From assembly GCA_030704615.1 (NCBI GenBank), contig CM060732.1, positions 15,004,001 to 15,068,000 of the forward strand: a stretch of DNA of 64,000 bases. Reading direction: 5' to 3'. The stretch comes from Takakia lepidozioides. Lineage: Eukaryota > Plantae > Bryophyta. Shown here piece after piece: positions 1 to 10,912 of the stretch; position 1 is the stretch's first letter; the number at the start of each line of letters is the position of its first letter. The position numbers and the translations under genes were made by a program. The notes under the pieces were generated by a model, which saw only the letters and a program-made list of their open reading frames with translations, was not told the origin of the DNA and ran no database searches.

Positions 1-837
1 TGGGCAAAATTCACTCACTCACACCACCTCCGTTATATACCGGCCGATCACCATTACTCCAGACAAGGTGGACTTAACTACTCATCCCTCAGTCTTCTTG
101 ATGGTTTATACTTCAAGACACAAAATGACATCCCCTCATACCTCAATAGTCATGTACACATTAATAGTTTATGCAACTCAGACCATTATCCCGTCTCAGT
201 CACCATCCCAGCATCCATCATCCCCTTTCGACCTATCCCACCCATACATGTTCCACCGCCGCAATCTAGAATCTTATCCCCACTTCCCCACAATAACATA
301 ATCGCCTTTCTAAAACACTTCCAGCCAACATCCTTACACCTCATGCTAAGACTCTCCGATATACTCTCCGTAGCAAACCTCAAGCAGTCCCCTGACAAAG
401 CATGGAACGACGCCGAGACCATACTCACAACCTCAATGCAAGAAATGACCAAAAGTGTGATTGCCACCTGCTCTGCCCCCCCTGAAATCCCACAAACTGC
501 ACGCTCAAAACAAAATGGTGGCTACCTTACCCGTACTAAAAAACGTATATGGACATCACATCTTAACACATACCACACGATCAGGCGTGCCCTCGCTATT
601 ATACCCACCACTACCCCCATTCACCAGGGAACAACAGGACATCGGACCCACGTATCACTTGCCTAAATACCTTAACAACGTGTCAAGTACTCATGTCACC
701 ACCTGCCAATCTTCAAAATATCAAAATGGACAGCTGCTCTCTCCAAAGTTGGCAGAGATGCCAAAAAAGCCGCTTACAATATTACCAAACAAAAAGCCGT
801 CAACAATCACAAAAAATTCGTCTCCTCTTTTAACCAA

Positions 838-2770
838 TTGCTACGCGACCACCCCAAAAAAGCTCACAAAGCCATCTTTAACCCTGCCCTCAACCCACCC
901 ATTGACTGTCTCAAACACAGACACAGCCACTTGCTAACCAATCCAGCGGACATCAACCAAGAAATATGGTCACAAGCATCCTCAACATACACACCTGCAG
1001 TTCCAAACTGCTTACATTCCCGTCTCTACTCTGCCAATTGCATGTGTAAAGCTAAACACTATCCGTGGCATGATATAGATGGCTTCTCGATTGACAATAG
1101 AGGATCCCCAATGGATCGCATCATAGACCTATTCACAATTGATCTTTACGAATCATGTCTAAAAAAACTATCAAAATCTAAAGCCCCGGGCCCCGATCTT
1201 ATACCCAATGCTATACTTCAAGTTTTAAACCCTCAACTTCACTACCTCCTTTTTAAATTCTTTCAACTCTGTTACAAACTAAAACGAATCCCACACTCCT
1301 GGAAACACAACCGGACCATTCTACTCTTCAAAAAATGTGATCCTACAGATCTCAGTAATTACAGACCCATAGCACTGGCCAACACCATATACAAGCTATT
1401 CACCAGTACGCTCACCACAATGCTATCAAGATATGGCGAGCAACACCAAATTCTCAGTGACCCCCAAGAAGGATTCCGAGCTACACGTAGTACAACACGA
1501 CAAATACAATATGTTCTCTCCGCACTTGAAGATGCTAAACTTACAAAGCAAGACATCTATCTTCTATATATCGATTTTAAAAATGCCTTCGGCTCCCTAG
1601 ACCATGCTAGATTACTTGCTATCATGCTTGATCTTGGGTACCCCACCGATGTCGTCCAACTAATAGGAAACATCTACACAAACAGCACTACTGAATACTT
1701 TTGCACATATTATGGCTCCACCCCGCCTATCCCCATCCTTCCAAACTATCCAGGGTGACACCTTAAGCCCCTACCTATTCATTATCTTCCTAGAACCCCT
1801 ACTTCGATGGTTAGCTCGAGGCAAGCTTGGCTATCACTACAAAACCTTCTCAAGTGACATCTCAGCTGCAGCATATGTAGACGACCTAGCCATCCTGGCA
1901 CATAAACCACAACACCTCAACCGACAAGTTAATAAACTACTCAGATTCAACCTATGGTCAAGCATGGAACTCAGCTTACACAAGTGCGCCATCACAGCCG
2001 CCACACATCATAGTCGTCTCACCAAAACTGCCATAGCCTCACATTGTAAACTCTATGTACACTACCAAAACACACCCTTCCCCTTCCTAGGACCAGACGA
2101 GCCATACACTTACTTAGGCATACAACTCGTTCCCTCCCTTACTTGGCATATCCAAAAAGAATCTACATCATCCAAACTCACTACCAAAAGTATTGCTCTG
2201 CTCAAATCCCCAATTGTCATTCGACCAAAACTATCAATCATTCAATCAGTACTACAAACACAAATTCAATACTCGTTCCACGCCGCACCCTTCTCCTTAT
2301 CAGACATCAAAAAACTTGATAAAAGTATTATCCAGCTAACAAAATGTGTATGTGGTCTACCAACTAGCACCCCCAATGCCCTCACACAGTTTACGGACCA
2401 CTACGGCATTGGTTCGAGCCCATTAATCATCTCATATGCTCGCACATTAGGCACCCAATTAAAAGAAGCACTCAACGATCATAGGCGTCTAGGTATCATT
2501 TATCAGGGACTTCTCAAATACCTTGCATCTAAATACAATGGCCTATACTCATTATCATCCCTGCACCCACAAACCTGCCTACACTCCCCCACTGCACGCA
2601 CACTACTTATCCTGCGCCAAATGAAAATTAGCATACAAACTGATCTGCCTGACTATCCTAACACCTCATCACCCTTAGAACGCGCATGGCTTACAAGCCC
2701 TTCTCTACCACAATTTGACATTTCTTATCCCAAACAAACGGTCCCCATCCTCACATATTTCAAAGAATGA
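838..2770 (+). pseudogene. LINE reverse transcriptase domain (frameshift at ~1735)
   Basis: KAPGPDLIP, NYRPIALANTIYKLF, QEGFR, YIDFKNAF, QGDTLSPYLF, YVDD, YTYLGI. Confidence 0.95.
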
Positions 2771-3226
2771 CACATCACCACCCTCACCCAACTTACTACC
2801 GCCACTGGCCATAGACTTTTAAAACCTAGCGAATTCACTCTTAGATTCTCCCAAGCCACGACCAAAACCAATCGCTACCTACATCATCTTCGTACCATCT
2901 TCTGCCATCCCTCGACTGCCTGCACTCTACAATGTGACCTCCCATGCCTCTACTATCCGCATACGGCTCAAGACCTGCTCCCCCAGTACCGTTCTACCCC
3001 TACTACCTCCATCTACCAAACACTCAAAACGACATATGCCACCAATACCCAAACAGACATAGAATCTGATTTCCCCTCTCAAGTAACTACCACACAACAC
3101 CCTGAACCTATCCGCCACTTGCATACGCCATCCAACCCCTCACCTACTATACAAGGATCTCACACCCCCCTAACCACCGCACCATCCCCCCCATCTTCAC
3201 CACAATACGACGACAATAACAATGCT

Positions 3227-3428
3227 CACATCATTGAAGCTATACTAGGAGTTAAAACCCAAACGTCCATTGATGCCTTTGGAGCCACCTGCATTGATAC
3301 ATATTATCACTGTCAATGGGCTGGGTACTCTTCCGCAGACAACACATGGCAGATAGTAGACGACCTCTTCGGCCTACACGACGATTGCGACCCCGAACAC
3401 AATCTTGCCCTCCTCTCCACCTTCCATA
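3227..3428 (+). pseudogene. Chromodomain within LINE ORF2
   Basis: HIIEAILGVK...YYHCQWAGYSSADNTWQIVDDL matches the chromo pattern (Y)xVExIL...YLVKWxGY...NTWEPxxNL. Confidence 0.75.
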
Positions 3429-3828
3429 AACAAACCAACACCAACTATCTAACACACATGCACCAACAACACACCACTCCCGCCCAACCTACAGATAACA
3501 AATATATACACCAACCACTCTATGCCCCCAACGGTCACATCTGCATACCTGAATGTAATCCTGACAAAGATGTCAAGCATGACTAACCTCTAATCCACAT
3601 GGGCCCCCGCCTTTCCAACATTTATGCTCAACATGGCCGCTTCATTGGCCTCATCCCCAATACAAGACTAACGTGGCTCTGGGAGAAATACTCTACTACT
3701 ACCTCATCCCCACAAAGACTTTGCTACCGAATTATATTGGCTGGTTGATCGCTACCTCAAAGACACCCCCCCCAAGAAACCGCGGTCCCTCACTAAATTG
3801 GAAACAACATGTGCGCACCATACTATAA

Positions 3829-4275
3829 CCCAAAGATATTCTCTCCTTACTTATCAACACATTCCAACTTACTCACTTATATTACTCCAACCCATTGACA
3901 TGCCCTATGGCATTGCCTACATTCTCTAGCCCCACACCACAGAGACTGTATCTTTGGAGCCACTGGTACTGCCACCCAACACACCTGGGAAGGCCGGGGC
4001 CTTGCCCACCCTCCACCTGGTTCTCCTTCTCACGAAGCTCTTCAATGGGCAAAACTTGTTGCGCACTCCTCTCCTACTGCATCCACACTCCTCATCCTCA
4101 CACAACAAAACACTCCTTATATTTCTCACCCTCTTCTACAACTCCCAGAAGGGGTCAATCTACTCGCCACAATTGACCCAAACCAACTTAAGTATATTCA
4201 CACCCCTCCTCTTCCCAAATATCTCAAATGGAAGGAACCCACCCTAACCCTGATTCTACACATCCAAAACCCCCA
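3829..4275 (+). pseudogene. PCIF1/CAPAM-like N6-adenine methyltransferase-fold domain within LINE ORF2 (frameshift at ~3940)
   Basis: Manual translation: PKDILSLLINTFQLTHLYYSNPLTC...FSSPTP/RDCIFGATG...WEGRGLAHPPP...SSPTASTLLIL...TLILHIQNP; collinear with recalled PCIF1 motifs FASPLNC, DxxFGSxG, ANPPF, FLQN. Confidence 0.65.
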
Positions 4276-4454
4276 GCATACAGTCATACCGCCATCTTTC
4301 TTTTCTAAGCTCGAACAATTGCTCACCATCACTCATAAACTAAAAGCCACCATCCATTATCCAACCATTATCTCCCACACCGATACACCCACCACATTGT
4401 CCCAGATCAAAACCAACAAAGCTTGGAACATTGCAACACCACGCCCTTCCCAGG

Positions 4455-4918
4455 TCATGCCAACAACAACCACCATGGCTACTACCATGCATATGTACCC
4501 GATCACCATGCTCGTGCCCCGCTCGACTTTGCCCGGACATACTCCTCGTCCAAGGTCTACCTATCAACACTTTACCCCCCACCTCACCATCCCCACAACT
4601 CACCATCCATTTCATTGAATTCACATTTTGCCATGATCGTTATCCAAACGATTCAATCTTAGAAAAACGCAAAAATATGCCCTGCTTATCCTTGCACTCC
4701 GAAGGCGTGGCTGGAAAACCGGCCTGTTAACTGTCATCACAGCCGGCACTCGAGGTGACATTCATAACGCCAGTATCATGGACATACACGATAACTTCCA
4801 AATTCCCATTCTTCCCATCCACAAATGTTTCAAAGAAATCCATCTCACGGCACTCCGTTCACTCGCAGCTATTATCACCAACAAATGCCAACTGGAATCC
4901 GGCACTTCAAACGCACCT
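4455..4918 (+). pseudogene. Restriction-like endonuclease (RLE) of the LINE
   Basis: PWLLPCICTRSPCSCPARLCPDILLVQG...FIEFTFCHDRY...EKR then (frameshift) KKYALLILALRRRGWK...ITAGTRG. Confidence 0.8.
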
Positions 4919-5277
4919 TAGGTCCCCCAGGATACCCCTGGGTACCTAGGAATACCCTCACCCCCTCTATTCTTAGCGGTCACCTGGTGTCCCCCTGGAC
5001 ACTTTTTTGTTATAGGGCCCACCCCTGAAAGGGGGCAGTAGCCGCAAGGTGAAGTGGCTCTTAGTTATGTCGGCCTCGGCCGGAGTCTTCCCTCTCTCTG
5101 GATGGAAATCAGAGTGCTGTCCTAATTCTGGGTTTGGGTGGTGGAGCTTCTCCAAAGCTTGAAGATGGAAGTGAATACGAATTTTACTGAGCTTGATGAG
5201 AGGGGCAGCCCTGTGCACAAGTTTGTTCAACATCTTAAATTTGGACATGTTTGTTTGTTTCTCGTGGTGTGGCTTTG

Positions 5278-5778
5278 GATGGAGCCCTTGATGAACTTAC
5301 ATGAATATTGTCAAAAGCTAGCATTAACCCACCAAGATCCAATCCCACGGTGGATGCTTGAAAGTTCATATAGTGAATGTAAGGGTATTTGGGTATGTTG
5401 ATATTGATTGATGCGGCTTGTGAAAATTGAACATTGAAATGCAGATCCGCCATTTTTCTTCCAGAAAAAAAACAAAACACGGGATCTCTGCATGTAACAC
5501 AGTGGGGATGACCCCACCCATTTTTTGTGATGGAGCCCTTGATGAACTTACATGAATATTGTCAAAAGCTAGCGTTAACCCACCAAGATCCAATCCCACG
5601 GTGGACGCTTGAAAGTTCATATAGTGAATGTAAGGGTATTTGGGTATGTTGATATTGATTGATGCGGCTTGTGAAAATTGAACATTGAAATGCAGATCTG
5701 CCATTTTTCTTCCAGAAAAAAAACAAAACACGGGATCTCTGCATATAACACAGTGGGGATGACCCACCCATTTTTTTA
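5278..5778. repeat. Tandem duplication, 2 x ~251 bp
   Basis: ATGGAGCCCTTGATGAAC... at 5279 and 5530; near-identical units. Confidence 0.95.
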
Positions 5779-5857
5779 TGAAAAATTGAACGTAGTTCTC
5801 AGAATTCATCGCTAGTAGTGTGGAGCAACGTGAAGCCCTAGTATGATATGTATAACA

Positions 5858-6031
5858 AAAACAAGTTATAGCCCAGTGGTAATGGGCACATACCACCTTG
5901 GAAGTGGTTGTGGGTTCAATCCACCCTTGGTGTCACAAAGCTGTCCACCTTCCTAGCGGAAGACAGTAATCCTTTGGGGTGAAGAAACACCATAATTTAC
6001 GCTTCCTTTGGGAGGTGTCAAATATTATATT
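5858..6031 (+). mobile_element. tRNA-derived SINE, copy 1
   Basis: A box TAGCCCAGTGG, B box GGGTTCAATCC, structured tail, AT-rich end, TSD TGTATAACA (5849-5857 / 6032-6040). Confidence 0.85.
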
Positions 6032-6237
6032 TGTATAACATATTAGCCCAGTTTGAAAACAACATAAAATCATTTGGATGGGGAACGGTTTGTTCGTCGT
6101 GCAAACAAAATTATCGCGAATATAGGCCCATGAGCGCTCCAACACAGCTGGGTGCAGAACACACATGCTTTGAATCCATTGTTTAGAGAGACGTCATCGT
6201 TTTCCTTTGCACAGGAACAAGGGCAAGAAAATGTCGT

Positions 6238-6868
6238 TGAAGTTCCGAAATGCGTTCCTTTATGTAAGATTCCACGATTCAAGTACTTTGGGAACTTGAG
6301 AGACATCGTTGGGCAAGAGAGTAAGCTTCCTTGTGTCTAATCTGCAAAACACTGTGCGAGAGTGAGAAATATCCAACATTAGGAGGGGAAAGGAGGAGAG
6401 AGATTGTTTGTAAATGTATCACAATCCCCATCACTAAACTGCCCTGTAATTGAGACGCAAACAATGTTGAGTTATACATGACGAGGCAGCAGTACACCAC
6501 AAATGACAAACGTGGGCGAAGCTGACGACGCAATCGCGCCAGATATCGGTGAGGTTGTGTCAGAGCTCCAACGATCGCGTCGTCAGCTTCGCCCACGCTT
6601 GCCATCTGTGTTGTGTTGTTGCCTCGTCGTGTATAGCTCAACATTGTTTGCGTATCAATTACATGGTAGTTTAGTGATGGGATTGTGATACATTTACAGA
6701 CGAAATCCCTCCTCCATTCCCCTCCTAATATTGGATATTTCTCACTCTCGCATTGTGTCTTGCACACCAGATACAAAAAAACACACTCTTTCGCCCAACG
6801 CAGTCTCTCAAGTTCCCCAAGTACTTGGATTGCGGAATCTTACATAGGGCAATGCCTTTCGTAACTTC
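6238..6868. repeat. Fold-back inverted repeat (~290-bp arms, ~35-bp loop); MITE-like or hairpin locus
   Basis: 6238-6536 is the diverged reverse complement of 6571-6868. Confidence 0.85.
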
Positions 6869-7321
6869 GTTCAATCTCGATTCTCATATTTGGTCAGCGC
6901 TTGTATGTACGTATGTTAAATACACCCGCAAAGTTTGCAATGATCAAAATTCATGTCGATGGGAAACGACTCGTTCAAACCATTTCAACAACTTATTTAG
7001 TGTAAGGTGTTCGATGGTGTTGTTGTTCCTCTAGCTGATTTCTATAGGAACCTTTTTGGTATTCCCATGCCAACAACAACGTCCTGTGATACTGCCATAC
7101 TCTGCATTCCGTGTCAGCCACCACCAACATGATACCATCAGCTGCATGCCATCTGAGAACCAAATCTTCAATTCATTCTATCCCAGCCCCGTCTGACTCC
7201 CAAGAAACACCTCAAGCCGCTCGCTCATGGCCCATAAATGAAATGGAGTTCATTTGTCCCCCTTCTCAAGGACCTGATTTTTGGGCTGTCGCTCCCAGGT
7301 TTTTATTTTTATTTCTAAACA

Positions 7322-8212
7322 AAGCGACCGCTGATATTCGGTGGTCACTTCTATTTAAAAAAAAAAACAAATACTTTCGACCTCGGATATTTGGCGGTCG
7401 CTTCTACTTATAAAACATTATTTGCGACCGCCGATGTTCGGCGGTCGCTTGTATTTTAAAAAAAAACTAAATACTTGCGACCGCCAATATTCGGCGGTTG
7501 CCTCTATTTACTAATAATAATAATAATAAGACAACCGCCTAATATCGGCAGTCGTTTGTATTTAAAAAAAACTAAATACTTGCGACCGCCGAATATCGGC
7601 GGTCGCCTCTATTTAAAAAATAGACAAACACTTGTGACCGTCGAATATCGGCGGTTGCTTGTATTTTTTAAGAAAACCTATATACTTGTGACCGTCGATA
7701 TTCGGCGGTCGCCTCTATTTTTTTTTAAATAAATAAATAAAAATAAAATATTGACAAATACTTGCGACCGCCGAATATCGGCCGTCGCTTGTATTTTTAA
7801 AGAACAATTAAATAGTTACGACCACTGATATTCGGCAATCGCTTTTAGTTTTTTTTAAACATAAGTACTTGCGACCGTCGAATTTCAGCGGTCTCAGCTA
7901 TTTAATTAAATTACTAAATACATGCGACCGCCAAATTTTTGGTGGTCGCTCATATTTAAATAATTTAATTTATACAAGCGACCGACGAATTTCGGCGGGC
8001 GCTTGTATTTTACAAAAACGTAAATACAAGCGACCACCGAATTCGGCAGTCACTTGAATTTGTTTTAAATAAAGTACATGCGACTACCAAATTTCGGCGG
8101 TCGCTTAAATTTCGTATTAAAACAATTATATGCGACCGTTGAAATCCGGCGGTCGCTTATATTATAAAACTGAAACAAATTCAAGCGATCGCCAAAATTT
8201 GGAGATCACTTT
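7322..8212. repeat. Array of ~17 palindromes GCGACCGCCGAATATTCGGCGGTCGC separated by AT-rich spacers (period ~53 bp); probably DNA-transposon subterminal repeats
   Basis: Counted directly; spacers are A/T-rich and resemble each other. Confidence 0.85.
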
Positions 8213-8831
8213 TATCTCTGAAATAATGATATTTATAAAATAATTAAAATACATCTCCACGTGTGCTGTAGACCATGGCTGCCATGTCGTTATAAATGGT
8301 AGAAGTAGATTGTAAAAGTTGAAAGTAAAACAAAATTACTTGGCGCAACGTCCGGTTTGGACGCGACGTGACGCTGACGTGTCAGCACCACGTCACGTCC
8401 AGATTCACATCTAAGACGTCCTACCACGACGAATTCGCCCCGCTGACAGACAAATTCGTCACTTTGCTAGCTCATGTGCCCGTCAACAACCATAGCGAGG
8501 AAAGAGAGCATGAACTCTGTGTGAGATGAAAGACATAGTCAGGGACTTAGTCATTCTTGAGAGCTCATGCTATGCTCGCATTCCTGATCACACGATTTGG
8601 AAATATCCGACGACGGAGATTAAATCACATAGTGTGTTGTGTCTCATTGATTGTGCATTACGGATATGACCACGTCCTCAGGACGACGGCTACACAAAAG
8701 AGAAGTTGGACAACATCTTATGAGTGCATTCTCTCTCTCGCCCCCAAGCCTCCCATATGTTGGGGGGAATTGCCTCCCCTCCTCGCTCGTCTCTATGTGC
8801 TCACTACCGGCTCCTTGTGTGTGTGTTGCAG

Positions 8832-9256
8832 ATGATTGGGAGCGTGCGCGCAGCTGACGGGTAAGTCCCCAAACCACCCACCATTCGTTTTTTTTTTTGG
8901 GTCAATTGGTTTTTGTTTCTGCCCATGCTGTGTCTGTGCATGCGGTGACCCTGCCCTCGCTCCCTGTGTTCTGTAGGTGATTGGGAGTGCGCAGAGGAAG
9001 GAGCGTGCGCACAGCTTCCGGGTAAGTTCCCAAGCTACCCCTCGTTCGTTTTTTTTTTGGCTAATTGGCCTCTGTTTCTGCCCTGTTGTGTTTGTGTGTG
9101 CGTTGATCCTGCCCCCGTTCCCTGTGAGTTCTGTAGGTGATCAGAAGCGCGTGCAGTAGTGGGTAAGTTCCCAAACCCCCCCCCCCCCCTCGTTTTGTTT
9201 CTTGGCCCAAATTGACTGTGTGCTGACCCGCGCCCGTTCACTTATGTGTGCTGCAG
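8832..9256 (+). other. Tandemly duplicated micro-exon/intron cassette (3 paralogous GT-AG introns)
   Basis: GTAAGT at 8861, 9022, 9163; acceptors CTGTAG 8976, CTGTAG 9136, CTGCAG 9256; exons of 29, 45 and 26 nt. Confidence 0.5.
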
Positions 9257-10106
9257 GTGTGGAGCAAGCATTCAACTTGCCCCCGCAACCTTTCATTGGA
9301 CTCAAAATCCCCGGTGACCTCCCCGACTCCTGTGTGTGAAGCTGCGGCTCGGGAGCGCCCACCTGCGTAGTCCTTCCACGGGCCGGATAAGTCACTTTTC
9401 ATTTCAAATTTGCTGGGGAATTCTCTAGCAAATGCGCCCTTGCCATCTCCCTCCCCTATCTATTTGCCTCTATTATCTATCTGCCTACAACTTGCTCACA
9501 ACCGAATGTGCTCATGCTCCAAGCTTGCTCACTAGCTCGTGGCATTCGTCTATCAGGGAGCAACTCCTCATTCACCCGAGGACGTAGCTACGGCGTGAGC
9601 CTAGCCACGTGAGCCCAGGAGCTCGGCTCACGCTTTGCCCTCTAAGCATGAGCCTAGGCTCACCCTTGCTAAGCGTGAGCCCAGGGTTTAGAGGAGAGAG
9701 AAGCAAGTCCTATAACCGAGGACAGGGTGGGGCCTATTACCGTGGAAGTGTATATTTTGGAAAAAGAGGTGAACACGGCAAAACTTCCAAACACGGCAAA
9801 CACGGCAATAATGAGTCCCCTTTAAAAGCACGACGATCCCAATTCCCCTAGCCCTACTTCGTCAACCCCAATCACTCCCACCCCAAGCACTTCACGCAGC
9901 TAGTCCTACCCTCCACCAACTCCAAGTGCTCCACCTTGAAGACGAGCCCCAAGCCGCGATCCCAACCTGGCCCCACTCTCACCAAGCTTCTTTAGTCACT
10001 GTTCCTCCAAGTAGATAACCAACATGTAACCCAGTGGTAATGGGCACATACCACGTTGAATGTGGTTGTGGGTTCAAACCACGGTGTGGTGTGTCAGAAA
10101 GGTGTC

Positions 10107-10758
10107 TGTCAAGGACGAGAACATGACTGAACACAAACAAGATATTAGACTAGAGGTACAAGACTAGACAAGATGTCAAGGTCGGCGTGGCCGAATACAT
10201 GGTGGGTAAACATGAATCAAGATGATCTTTATAACAATGGACAAGAGTACAAGATACTGGAACTCGACTCGAATACTGGAATGCTGGAAACTGGACTGGG
10301 ATACCAGATACTAGAAACTGGACTAGAGTACTGGAAGCTGGATTGGAGTACTGGGACTGGGAACAAGAGTAGCTTGAACTTGTGTTGCCGAGACTGAAGA
10401 GTGTCCAGTCTCGCCTCCTATATATACTGGCTACTAAGAAGCTTCCCTAAGAAACTTCTCCTATGGAGGTTTCTTGCTGGAGAAGTTTCCAAGATTAAAC
10501 AAAGGTTTCTTGATGGAGAAGCTTCCTTAAGCAAATGGAGGTATCTTGATGGAGAAGTTTCTTCCAAATGAAGCTTCCTGATCAGTTTCCCAAGTTACTC
10601 TTGGTAATTTGGTAAACTCCCGATAACTTGGTAAGTAATGGTAAATCATGGTAGATCATGGTAAATCATAGTCAGTCATGCTAACTTCCGGTAATATGAT
10701 AACTTGATAGCTTCTGGTATTTACTCCTGGTAAGTTCCTGTGGGCTATGTCCGTGACA
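10107..10758 (-). repeat. 3' LTR of the chromovirus (652 bp)
   Basis: Direct repeat of 15488-16100 with a ~39-bp extra segment. Confidence 0.95.
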
Positions 10759-10912
10759 TCACCCCCTCCTCTAGTGCCGAGTTCCTCGAGGAGCGGTAAA
10801 ATCTTGGACTTGCTTAGAGTTGGAGAACCTCCCTCCTTAGTGTGTATCAGATACACTGAATGTGGAGTCTTCACCTTGAAGCTAACTTGGCTGACATCAT
10901 TGTTGTGATGTT

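Larger units (their letters stand above)
1..5099 (+). mobile_element. Non-LTR retrotransposon of the Dualen/RandI type (APE end - RT - chromodomain - PCIF1-like domain - RLE - structured 3' UTR); degenerate, 5' part outside the window
   Basis: APE C-terminal motifs LLDGLY...NSDHYPV at ~90-195; RT motifs; C-terminal PD..E..D..K..KY nuclease; strongly A/C-rich sense strand; (CT)n end at ~5090-5099; several frameshifts and stops. Confidence 0.85.

Noticed and set aside
5866-5935. tRNA genes (also at ~10027 and ~59000)
   Set aside because: A and B boxes are present, but there is no consistent cloverleaf or anticodon across copies. A shared 3' tail, A/TA-rich ends and TSDs indicate SINEs.
7322-8212. 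CRISPR array
   Set aside because: Repeats are degenerate, spacers are AT-rich and related to each other, there are no cas genes, and the context is eukaryotic.
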